Of a stretch of 34,136 nt of DNA, positions 13,400 to 24,865 are shown in pieces. The stretch spans positions 1 through 34,136 of the forward strand of contig JYFJ02004207.1 in the NCBI GenBank assembly GCA_000934665.2, written 5' to 3'. The notes under the pieces were generated by a model. That model was not told where the DNA came from, did not search any database, and saw only the letters and a list, made by a program, of their open reading frames with translations. The stretch is from Catajapyx aquilonaris (lineage: Eukaryota). Positions within the stretch are counted from its first letter, which is position 1. Every line of letters begins with the position of its first letter. Made by a program: the position numbers and the translations under genes.

Positions 13400-13690
13400 G
13401 GCCTGTTCTCTGGGCTTCATCCTCTATTGTACGCGGGGTTTCATAATGATACAAACATCGGTACAGTGATACATGTACAAGCAATGAGGAACAAAAATAT
13501 TTCCTTGTTATTTTGTTAAAATTGTCCTATGGCTGCCGCCACCTGTATGGGTCTTTGCATTCAATCGACGGAGAAGACAAGTTTTAGGCACACCATATCA
13601 TTATCCTGAGAAGTAAGTGGAGACTAATTATGCCAGCATTTACCTACGTGGAATAGACATGCTCACGTCTGTCGTGCACTTTTACGATTT
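13400..13690 (-). mobile_element. Second copy of the pogo-type HTH_psq/CENP-B remnant
   Basis: Translates YGVPKTCLLRRLNAKTHTGGGSHRTILTK*QGNIFVPHCLYM. DNA is clearly paralogous to 2150-2420. Confidence 0.7.
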
Positions 13691-14906
13691 ACTTCACTTT
13701 GTCCCGTGCCGTCGTTTTGTTCTGCTGCTATTTGGGCTTGGTGTCGTCCCACATTTCAGGACTGCTTTTTCATCAGGCAATAAACAACAACAGGTTTATT
13801 TTTTATTGTGGTTCTCAAGTGTCTCCAGATGGCCTTCAAATTTCACTTCGCCAGCATCATCAGTTATGATTTTAGGAGTATTATTTTATCAGCTCTGCTA
13901 TAACCTTCTGCAACCTTCTGCACCTTCTGCAAAAGGAAACAGTAGAAATGATTCTTTATCCTACTTCGGGAGGCGAAATATGTCCAGTATTACCTTGCTC
14001 TAATTAAACGATAATTTATTATTAAATACTGTTTTGGTGAAGTGTAAGGCCAGGCGAAATTGGGCCTGAGTTTGGAAGATCATTTCCCCAGAAGTACACG
14101 TACCAGTAGTCACTTCCTGGGAGTATGGCATCTGATGGCTGAGCCTTTGAATATTCCACCATTTGAGTGGGAACCGTGTCCCTCGATGTCCACTCCCAGG
14201 AACTTGTCAACAGGCCCAGCTGTTGCCATTATGACAATATTGAACCAGAATACTTTTAAAAATAGGCTCTTGAGTAGTCAGAGATAAAATGGTGGTGACA
14301 AGATGCATTTGCTGAACTTCTACTTCAATGATCTTGGACCTCACTTTTGAAAGTAAAAGTAATTTTAAAATGGCCCTCATTGTGGATGGAAAGTTTTCGT
14401 TGATTTCATTTACGTACCGTACGGTATATTTTAAATCTTATTAAATATACATCATATTATATTTCTTGTATCTGACCGGCTGCTGCATTGAAATGTTTTT
14501 CGTCCACTTCGCCAGCGACATGGCAGCTGCATTTCGTGTAACTGCATATAGTATGGGTCTTTAACGGTCCCATATCATTTACTTCTAACAGTCATTTTTG
14601 GGCTACTGGCCGACGTGGGGTCATCGATCACTAACGAAGCGCCAAGTGACTTGTCGTCATCCGCTTCGAAGAACTCTGTGTGTTTTATTCTTCTGCCTGG
14701 ACGTCTGATGTGGAGGTGTTAATGGAAGGTAATACGGTGAGCTACCTGGTGTTATCGTCTTCTATATATGGAAAGATGAGGAGGTATTTCCTGGGTTGGT
14801 GACGAAAATTTAGCTGCCTGGTGAGGTGGTCGCCATATTCTTTTTGGCGATACATATATACTTATTTTACTAGATCACACTGACATGTATAATGTACGTA
14901 TAGTAT

Positions 14907-15500
14907 TTAATTATATAAATGCCATTGTACTACACCGTCTGATGGATGTGGATGGGGCAATGAATGGGGCAACCGTGGGGCTGGTCCATTGGAGAGACGT
15001 TCGGCGATGGCTGGGGCCAGGCTTTCGGCGATTGGCGAGACTACTACCACGGCTAGGGGCGGGGAGCGTGGCGGCGCCAGGGTCTGGTCGAGGGTAAGGG
15101 CATCATCAAGAGAATCCGGGAGCTCGCGTTCATCAAAGTCCTGTGGAGTTAAGAACCAAATAGTGACGAGTGTGAGAGAGTGATAATACAATGAAAATAT
15201 GTAAACAACTCGCACACCGTAAAATTGGGTCAGATTGTGCCACTTTTTGAGGTTTTTCATATGAGCAAACCAGAGAGTAATGCATATAGTGTAACTAATT
15301 TTATATACAACATTGCTGCATATCTTACCTTTCAGACCATATGAAAACCTCGGGAGAAAGACACGACTTGATTATTATTATTATTATTACAACGTCCCCT
15401 GCCGGCACCTTTCGCACTATTTGGTCTTCTCGCAGAGCACTGGAGACTCGATTCTCTCGGTTTTGCAGATACGGCTTTTTTCTGCGGGACGGCAGAGGTG
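14907..15500 (-). pseudogene. Two-exon Pro-rich gene/TE fragment with a GT-AG intron (15328-15141)
   Basis: Donor AAG|GTAAGA at 15328 and acceptor ttcttaactccacag|GAC at 15141. The downstream exon reads DFDERELPDSLDDALTL..., and a TGA lies just before the donor in that frame. Product unknown. Confidence 0.45.
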
Positions 15501-16439
15501 TTGAAGGTGGGAATGAAAGTAGTTAATAAACGTCATAAAAAAAGATGTTGAATATATTCACAATCTTGATAGTGAGTACAATAATTACCTATATTTGCAA
15601 GGTTTGTTTTGTTAAAAGTGCAGCTCTTTGCAATGTAGAACGTGTGCTTTTTTCTCATCTGTCATAAGCTAACATGCTCCCTTGCATGAAAGTGTGGATA
15701 AGAGAATGTCCGTTCTATTGATATCTCGTACCGGTATGTAGAAATGGGTGGTAATTGATAGGATATATGGCACTTTCTACTGCATTTAAAATACGTTATC
15801 ATCAAATATGAAGTTCAGAAATTTCGTAGTGGGTAGTGAGGTTGGTAGGTAAGATGTTTCGGCAAGGAAGTGTGGTACTCGGTAAATCCATTAGAGGAGT
15901 GGGATGTGACACCCTTCACACTGATTTTTCGTCCCAGTGACTGATCCATTATCCTTACCGTCAATGTCAGTTATTTAACACTAACCCCATCGCACTACTT
16001 GGTATCCCAGGTTCTAGTTCTCACGCATGATCGTCGTGGTTTAAGATAGCCAAGAGTGTGGGTTGGCCTCAGAGAGATGGAGGAACAATCCATACTTACA
16101 ACTAGTTTACATGGATTAAGATTGTTGAGATTAATTTGGAACTGACAATCATATTCAATATACTGTACTTGATTCTAATGGTGCATTGCAAATATGTGTA
16201 ATGTAGTTACCCGCTATATTAAGTCAATTTCGCTGCTTGATGACGACGTATTTCTAGTTTTCTAGGATACTGTCCAGCTCCAAAACGCGGGAATCACCTT
16301 CAGTGGGTCTGTAATTCATGTTGCGAATGCGATGCAGGCGGAAGACGCGGGTAAAGATGAATCTTCGCCATATGGTCTTTCATAAGCCATTCTATTTCCA
16401 ACAATTAACAAATAAACAGCGAATAGCTTACTTTAATAG

Positions 16440-18330
16440 CTAAATTAGGGAGCTTTTTCTTGCTGCCTCAGCGGTGAGTTCCTCCTCTCTCAACGCTTGC
16501 ATTTTTTTTTCTCGAAAGCTGCTGGAGTCACTTGCCATCCGGTAATAATTCATGTTACCAGTTATTGCATGTGTGCGTAATAATTATACCCGCATAGTTG
16601 GACAGGTGTCACTTTGGCAGGTAGGTCGTTATTGAAACTGATTCTATGACAAGTTATTAAACTGCCAAAGACACTGTGCTGTTATGGCCTGCTACCACTG
16701 CACGTTTTTGTTTTGACCCTTGCAATAGGCGCTAGACTTGATCCCTGGTTATTTTCACCTGCATGTCTGCCATCTGAAATAATATGATGTGCTTGCTCGA
16801 GAGTCTTGCAATAGCATGAGTGACTCGATGAATGGCTCTGCATGTCGTGGTTTTTTGGTACTCTGTACATGTTGCATTGGAGCGAGCTTATTTTTGGCAC
16901 TTTTTGCTGAGGCGCAGGCCAAAATGGGTGGTTGGTAAAGGCCAGCAATATTGAATGTATACGACTCGTCATTGAAATACTTTGGCTATTCATACTGTTG
17001 ATGTTCAGACGAGGTCCTTTGAAGTATTTTTCTTGACATCCACCAAACTCAGGGGTCCTTCGTGGGCTCGCTTCCTTAATAAGTTGGTGTGCCAGGTCTT
17101 CTCTCCCATCCCTTCTGGAACCCGACCGTGGGAGGTAAGGGGACCCAGCACATCTGCATTTTTGCTTGGAGACGTCCATCTGTCGTACTTAGACAGCATT
17201 AGGCTTCCACCCAAAATTATTGGGGACAGCACAGTAAGGGTTCATAGGTATGACTCGCACTGTGGCGAGGAAAAAAAAAGTAGTAATTAGCCAGTTTGGG
17301 TCATAATCTTATTAATAAATAAAATAATTTACTTCGTTTAGGCTATACAGGGTAATGTTCCAGTAGTCCGCCAGCTAATACGAAATTGGTATTCATTTGA
17401 TCGTGTAAAGTTGGCAAGTATGATGACAACTATCACCGATAATTTCATGTAGTTTCTTACAAGATGAATTTATTATGGCAACTTCGTATACAGTTTTGCT
17501 CATACATTGCTAACCTAAATAATAGCATAAAGTATACATAATTATATCACTCAAGCCAGTTTAAGCCTCCAAAATTCCGCCTCATGGTAATAATTAGACA
17601 TGAATGTGACTAGTTCACCCATTCCCATGTTATGGTCGTGTGCTGGTAGTTGGTCTAATTTAGTTTACGTTGGGAATGTTATCCTCAGTGCTGCGGAAGT
17701 TAAATATGTAAACTGGTGTCATAATTTAGGAATGATCTGGTCTCTGGATATCTCTGGCCTTTGCTCTCGCATATTTATGCACCGATGCCGTGACAGGAGC
17801 CAATTCCATAGGACATCAAAATGAAATTACTTGAATCCGACGCATGATGGCACAGGTTTATGAAATTGTACCACTTTTTGTATTGGAGCCATCTTCAGGT
17901 TAGCACGTTCCGGCACGTTCCTGTTTCAAATCTTGCAAAAGTACATTTTGGAAAGAATAGACTCTCCCAGTTGTGTGATCTCCTTCACATCACTAAGCAG
18001 CATCTATTATCATCGGTAGTGATTATACAAATGGGTGTAATGCAGCTTGGGAATGCTCCCACGTGCAGCCTGTGAGATGAAAGAAAAGTGCTTCGAAAAC
18101 TCTTCTTATACTATCATCTCTTCTGGTCTAATCACATCTGATTTCTTCAGGGTATTCAGATAGGGTCTAACATAATACCTAGTCATGCCTTGTCAGTTCC
18201 ACTATCTTGTCTGCCAGATCAGGAAAGTCTTGTGCAGTTTCCCTCACGAAGATTAAGGACGTATTGTCCATCGTTATCAGTTGTTTCAAATTTACTACCG
18301 TGCTTCATTAAGCTGTCAATAAATAAATAA
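16440..18330 (-). pseudogene. Decayed endogenous viral element: bunyavirus-like L protein (RdRp palm/thumb region)
   Basis: The - strand translation shows motifs in bunyaviral L order. Motif A-like ANLK(M)AP is at 17904-17885 (cf. ADxxKWxP). Motif B-like HNMGMGELVTFMSNYYH at 17634-17584 follows 90 codons later in the same frame (cf. nairo/arena MGQGIxHxTSSxxH). Then come motif E-like QMNTNFVLAGG (17399-17367), PIILGG (17223-17206), GPLSLVDVKKNTSKD (~17060-17015) and FNIAGLYQPP (~16955-16926; cf. orthobunya NPELLVTK...SLSIQNP). There are many stops and frameshifts and no intact SDD. Outer boundaries are approximate. Confidence 0.65.
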
Positions 18331-19217
18331 AAAAAAAGTCATAAGTTTATTCAACTTCCATTTTTGCATATCATGCACTGGTCAGAGTCCAAATCGCAGA
18401 CTGTTCCTGGCCATGAATCGTTGAGCCTTCTTTGGTTCAATTCTGTCATCGTGGCAATCATCCATTTCACATTTTTCCATGATTTAAAAAAGCACACATT
18501 ACAGTGCGAGTGACTCGGCTCTGGATGGACAATGTTGACAGCGAAATTTCCGGCTGCTCGTGGAAGGCAACAACCGTCCTTCTCTGTTCTTCAGATGATA
18601 TTGGCATGTGGTTTGAACAAACAATGTGATAAGGTCAGTTCAACAATAATATTGGAGACGCACTGATATAACTAATTGACCTAGCGAATTGAATAGCATC
18701 ACGTCCACTGAAAAAAATTCACGTTACACATGGCATTCTAAAATAACACTTTTTATTTTGAATGGACACCTGCAGGATTTTACAATGAAAATGTTGTTTA
18801 ATGAATTTGACAAAAATTCAGATATTTTTCGCATCTTCTAATTGCAGTAGTTGCAATATAGTATGTCGTCATGTATAATTGGTCACTTCGTCACTTCCAC
18901 CATTTTGTTGCCTCAAACCGGCATGAATTCCGCCAGCTGGCAGTCCTGCCAGCACCATGGCCACTTTCACAATCATCTACACCTCCTCACACCTTCTGCA
19001 TGCTGCCTGGCCTAGTTCTTCCTGATCCTGATGCTCCGGCGGGACAAAAATAAAATAAAATGAAGGACATAATGGTACAGCATAATAACCTGCTGTAAAT
19101 ATTGTGTCTCCCAACAATGGTACAGTTTACAAGTTTTATTCGGCTGCATTGTGTTCTGTAATTATCCTACACATTATTCTAAGATTATTTGTATGTGCAG
19201 CACTCCCAAATATTTAG

Positions 19218-19290
19218 TAGGGGAAGGGGTCCATATTTCGACCATGCGCCTAATTCCGACCACCATGCTTTCTCCGTGGTAATGGGCACG
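19218..19290. mobile_element. Possible single DNA-transposon terminus (Tc1/pogo-like)
   Basis: TA followed by ggggaagggg, with two subterminal near-repeats atttcgacca/attccgacca (19235-19244, 19253-19262). Partner end not found. Confidence 0.35.
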
Positions 19291-19624
19291 ATGGCAGGTG
19301 CTTCAGAAGAAACCAGGCGATCCTTTTTATTGCGCTAGTGTGATAGCTTTGATCGTTTGGTACTGTTATCCAGTGGTTCTAAGCCCCCCCCCCCCCCCCC
19401 CCTCCTCCCCTCCCNGTCGCTCTTTGGTAGTCTTTATCCAATGAATTCTTGTCGTCGTGATGTAGAGATGGCCAATGTCAATTCACATTTTCGACAACAA
19501 TGTAAGTTAATTGTGCCGACTGGGTCCACATTTCGAGGCGGATCCTGCTCTTCAGAGGAGGGATGTCCATGGTGCCTTGGTGCTATTGGCATTCCTGACT
19601 GGCAGCGTGTGTGTCTTTGGTGAG

Positions 19625-19990
19625 ACTACACGCGATATCATGCCGTCTTTTTTTGCACTTCCGATATGGCCTCTCACTTGGATATGTTCTCCCCATTCTT
19701 TCCTACGCTGACCTCGTCTTTATTGGATCTTAATTTGTACATATATAGCAGTAGTAATTATAAATTATTAACAAAGTTGGTGCCTTCCAGTTTGTAATAA
19801 CCTGATGTTCCTGCGGGTAGTGAGAGGAATTTCTTTAGAAAAAACTCTGCACCTTTTCTATTTCATCTAAATGAGCTAATTGCCTAATAGGAGAATGATA
19901 TAGAAGAACTGGACTTGCTCCTTCTCCTTGCCAGTTCGTATATGTATTAAACCCGGCCTCAGCTACGGTACAGTAACGGATGCTTTAAGC
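19625..19990 (-). repeat. Paralog of 2440-2820: psq N-terminal piece joined to a LINE ORF2 fragment
   Basis: Shared ttttgcactt(c/t)..gatatgg, ggatatgttctccccattct, ggatcttaatttg, tgccttccagt and cctgatgttcctgcgggta blocks. Confidence 0.85.
19785..19920 (-). mobile_element. Non-LTR retrotransposon ORF2 post-RT fragment (copies also at ~2590-2740, ~12940-13075, ~24055-24155)
   Basis: Translates ASPVLLYHSPI.QLAHLDEIEKVQSFF-KKFLSLPAGTSGY, matching the LINE post-RT motif P.LLY...W....IEKVQ..F.K..L.LP..T. Four diverged copies, all in the same orientation. Confidence 0.7.
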
Positions 19991-21249
19991 AGACCGCGCA
20001 TACAGTTCACCTGCGTACATTAATTAACAAGTTGTTTCATCCAGTCAATGTGTTTTTGATAACAAATATGCAACTCGGCATGTCTGAAAGCTGCTGCTGC
20101 TTCCGCCATGTAAACAGTTGCCGTTTATCAGTTATGATTTTAGGAGCAGTATTTCTTAGCTACCAGCACCTTCTGGTGTCGACGTTCTTGCAAATTACAA
20201 TCTGTCGTCATGTCTGCAAAAATATTGCCCGACAGTATGGTACGTGATCTTCTTGGTCTTCGCCATCCTCATGTATTAAGAATCTGTGCAGGACAACACA
20301 TGCTCTTGGAACTCTGACTCCGTCTGGCAGCCAGAATACTAATCTCACTAGACGTTCTGCAAAAAGAAACAATAGAGATGATTCAATGAAAGAGTGGAAC
20401 ATATCCAGTCTTATTATCTTACCTTGGTCGAATTATATAATAATTGAAAACTCTTTTGGTGGAGTCTAAGCTTATCGGCGTGGGGAAGGCCTGAAGAAAT
20501 TGGGCCTCAGTTGGTAACTTGTATTACCATTATGACAATTTAATCACATTTCTTTCCTCCCACGCACATGTTTGAAATGCAGTACTGAGAGCTGCGACGT
20601 AATTTAGTTGTTATGAATACGTGGACACCGTCCTGGTGAGTATACAAAAACTGTCCCAATTTATTTCTCTGAATATATGCATAGTAAAAAATTCCACAAA
20701 AACTGGGAATGAGAAAGCACTAGCACCACGACGCTTTTCCTGCCTCTAAGAGTCTTAAGGGTTTAAGTGCACGCAAGATTTCCACATAAAAGGAGAGAAT
20801 AAAAGGGCTGCACATTACATCACTGCAGGAATGTTGTGTAGCAATCCTTATGTTCTGGTAGAAATGTGTAATCTCGTTTGTTATTTGGCTCGCACATTGC
20901 AGAACAGAAACTTGCATGTTCTGGATGCCCAAGTCTTCTTTCATGACCTCTGAAAATCTGTATTTTAGTGAGGAAATAATCTGATGTTTAATAAAATGCA
21001 AGGCAAAGGTCATGATTTGTCTATTCATGCCATTATTTTCTCATTGGTTCTTATCTTCCTTATCTTCCCTTGACCTTGGTCTGTTGTGTCCAAGTCTGAC
21101 GGTGAAGTATATTTGACTTAAACACCAAGTGTAGCTATTTTCTTTGACAGATTTGTGTCTGGGTAAACCAACTTTTCCACTGGTGGGAAACTAGAGGTTC
21201 CTCAAGGTGTGTGTCAAATCATGATTCAGCGAGGCTCATGGTAGAATCA

Positions 21250-22560
21250 AGGAAGAATCTGATTGTTTACAAGAATTATCCATGCTTGCGATATAGGTGT
21301 AGCAACCAAGATGAAAACAGTAATTATAACATAATAATTATTGTCAGTTGTCATACAGAAATGCATCACCTGTCTGGTGGATTGAACCATGTGAATTGAT
21401 CGTGGGTGTGCCATTTCAAGAATTCGTACAACCCTTCTGGAAGAGCACTTCCGAAATGTAAATATATATCGTTCACATTCAGGCGCGATTTTCAATCGTT
21501 CGCAGGAATGTCACTTTGACACACAACCTTTTGAGTCGGCAAGTTATGGAACAGCGCACGCAAGTTATTTTTTGATTGACCTGTCTCCCATAATTCATAC
21601 TCACCAGCTGTCAACCTTCGGAAGCGTATTTCCACCCAGGGGGATTATTAGTTTCAACTTGCAGTACGGTACTGTTTATAATCTACTGTAAATGCATTAT
21701 TCTACAAACTTTGCTCAATTAAGCTGGACTGCCTAGCCTAATGTACGTCCATTTCTGATATCCCGGTAGGTCGTAGTTTACTTGCCGATATAAGTCGATG
21801 TGATTGGATGCTTATGTCCGGAGCAGGTCAGCCAATAATGGTTTCTGTAAAGGTGCAATTTTCGGGGATGTGTAGACACACATGGAAACGGTATTTTGAA
21901 GTGTATAAGGGGGAGCTGATTGTATCGTAGAAAAACTTGGCCGCATGCAAATTGCAAATGCAGTCATACAGGTTTTGAGATGGATTCATCAGTTAACTCG
22001 CCAACTTCTTTCTCATAAATTGATAAGTCTGTTTCATGCAGTACTACTGCAGCATACAAGTTCACTGATGGCAAAATAATTGCGCTGCTCAGTTAAATTT
22101 TTGCATGTATGAATTTATTCTGTCTGTTAATACCACATATTGAGTGCATCACATGTTTGATGATTCCAAGACCAATCCATAAGTACCGTGAAAAGTAAAT
22201 ATTTGCTTGACATGTTCCTTGGTAGGATATTTTGGCCATGGTGGATATACGCTACAGTTCACAACTACTTCTCCAATGGATATGCGAGCTGGCAGGGAAA
22301 AATGCAGCAGAAAAATTCGTCTTTGGATGAGATATTTGGAACGAGTTCTGGATGATTTGCTGTCGTTCCTGTGCGACACCCAAGTCGTCCTTGGTAGGTC
22401 GGTATCTATCCCTCACAATTTATTCCCCTGAAGTTACTGCCAGGAAGTTGCCACAAATTGTACTGCTGTTGTGTCCTTATTCCCACCCAGCATTCCTAGA
22501 ATAATACCAATCAGCTGTCGCAGTCGTTAGTGTACACGAAATGATGACTTCAGGTATCAG
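21250..22560 (-). pseudogene. Possible decayed viral envelope glycoprotein (bunyaviral Gc-like) EVE
   Basis: Cys-rich - strand fragments appear in Gc-like order: DWSWNHQTCDALN (22177-22139, fusion-loop-like W-x-[C]-x4-C), KITCVRCSITCRLKRLC (~21570-21520, domain III-like), then a hydrophobic YYVIITVFILVATPISQAWIILV (~21335-21270, TM-like). Heavily disrupted. Confidence 0.35.
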
Positions 22561-24229
22561 TCCCGTATCAGTATTAGTTCCCGTCTGATTATGACTAATG
22601 TGCTGCATGATCTCACTGATCTCATGATGACGTCTCAGATTGTGTAGGGGAAACATTGAAGGTGTAAATGGGACTGGTTATGAATCACATCTAAAGGTAT
22701 GCGCAGCAGGTACTGATGTTCATCTGACATACAATTATTGGTATGACTTATCCCAGAAAACTCCTAGAGATTCACGTCATAATGCAAAATAATGTGGGAT
22801 ACAGTTGTGTTTGCATGAGGATAGATCAATGTGGAATATAAGCATAACTTAAAATGTATTAACTAGTGACTAATAGTATAGCATGATGATTCCTTTGGTT
22901 TTCATTGGTCACTATATAGATTTATAAACTTCGTAGCACCTCGTATTACTCATATTAGTTATGAACTTCCTAAGATTGAATAGAGCTGCCCTGCCATCTG
23001 CCAACATTATAGTAAATTAAATCCACCCACAATGATTGTTTCGTAGTTCAATAATTTTCCTCGGCAATTTGTCCAGTTTCGGCTGTCGAAGGTCATGTTG
23101 AAGAGGACGCGCCCAATTAAATGGAATCGTCTTGGTGTCGGTCATGCTTCATGTTGCACATGGATGTTCTGAACCTATAATTGTTTCATCGCTCGTCGAG
23201 ATTTTATTCGTCTCCGCACGCACGGATATGTTAGTAGAAAACACTTCGCGCTACTTTCTAACTACTATGGCACGTCGGGACTAATACAACAACCTGCTAA
23301 CACAGCCTCCGAACAACAGTAGTTAACTAACTGTAAGAGCAAGAGTCGAACATTGCGATTATCTTTCGATGGAACGTCAGCCAAGCTGGGAAGAAGTGCA
23401 CTTTCAAGTGGCAAGGCTCTCGTTATTCGAGGTAGAGTGCGTATTCTACCTCGAGTATTGAAACCGTACATTGAAATCGGTGTTACTAAGAATTTCTTCA
23501 GATCGAGGTAACACTGGTCAAAATAATGCATTTAGTGTACTGTACCACACTACACAAGTGTGGTCATGGTAGATGTCCATTTCACTTGATTTCACTATAT
23601 TTTTGACCAATAAAGCTGCGTATTATTAAGCAGTTTGTTTTTAAAGGTTACTTTTATAACCTATCAGAAATAATGTCTGCTAAGATGTGGTTGAATGTTG
23701 GCAGTTAGTTGCAATGAATTTAGAACCCTATCCAAGATTATGACTATTATTATTTACATTTATGGGATTATGGCAAAGTATGCAGATTTCGTCGTCCTGA
23801 TTTTAACTGAACGAACTCTGGGCTTAACTCGATTTTGTCACTTTTGTGGGCAATAATGAGCCATTAATGCGTTTTGCACATTTTCTTATTCTCATATTCG
23901 CAATTAGGAATTGCAATGACGGCATGATGAAAGCAATAATACTCGTAGTTTGTGCAATGAGCACATGGAATTAAAGCCATTTTGTAACAAGAGTCGTCCT
24001 CATATATAGACGGGCTATCTAACTATACAGTATTATGTGATACATATGGCTATACTATAACCTGATCTTCTAGTGTGTATTCAGAGGAATTTCTTCAGGA
24101 AAAACTTATGTAGCTTTTCCATTTCATCTAAGTGAGTCAACTGAAAAATAGGGGCAATTCGTCCTACATTTTCTGGAGGAGTAGGGACCCGCGGAACACT
24201 CGCCATCTGGCAGCCTGAATGCCCTCATT

Positions 24230-24865
24230 GCACCTTTTGCAGAAACCATAGAGATTATTCTTTACCCTGGTTCAATGCCGAAGAGGAGGCGAAACATGTC
24301 CAGTCTTTTTATCTTACCTTGCTCACCTTAAACAATAATTGAATACTGTTTTCGTGAAGTGCAAAGCCCGGGGAAATTGGGCCTCAGTTGGAAAGCCTCA
24401 TCTCCCAGAAGTATACGTACTTCTTGATGTCACTTCCAGGGAGCACGGCATCCGATGGATATACGAACGCCTCCTGGTCTAGGTTATGACCCATGGCTGA
24501 GTCTTTGAAGATTACATCATCTGAGTGGGAACCGTCGTCGTCTAATATCCATTCCCTGGAACTTGTGCACAGCTATTGCCATTATGACAGTTCCATCGGG
24601 ATCCTTTAAAAATATGCTTTGATTAGACAGAGAGGCACTGGTAAAATGGTAGTGACAAGATTGCTTCTTCTACTTCAATGATCTTGAACCCCACTTTTGG
24701 AATTCAAGGTAATTTTAAATATCCTCCATTGTGAATGGTAAGTTTTACTTGATTTCATTTATGTATATAATTTTAACCCCATGAAATATACCCTACCTTA
24801 TGGTTCATATATCTGGAACTGACAAATTTCGGCTGCTAAATTGCAATGTTTTCCATCAACTACGC
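24230..24865 (-). repeat. Unidentified coding-like module (SDAVLPGSDIKKYVYFWEM...), partial copies at ~13920-14520, 11320-11455, 20355-20540, 26020-26240, 3725-3900
   Basis: Shared cccagaagta(t/c)acgtac, aaattgggcct(c/g)ag, tgagtgggaaccgt, ttctacttcaatgatcttg and atttcattta blocks. Several copies end at tcttacctt, a - strand AG|GTAAGA donor-like site. Confidence 0.85.

Noticed and set aside
19384..19415. Poly-C run with an N
   Set aside because: A homopolymer expansion or low-quality base call inside a repeat module. No functional inference is possible.
20720..21100. Phenuivirus-like nucleoprotein call
   Set aside because: Only a vague resemblance across broken frames, not enough to list as a feature.
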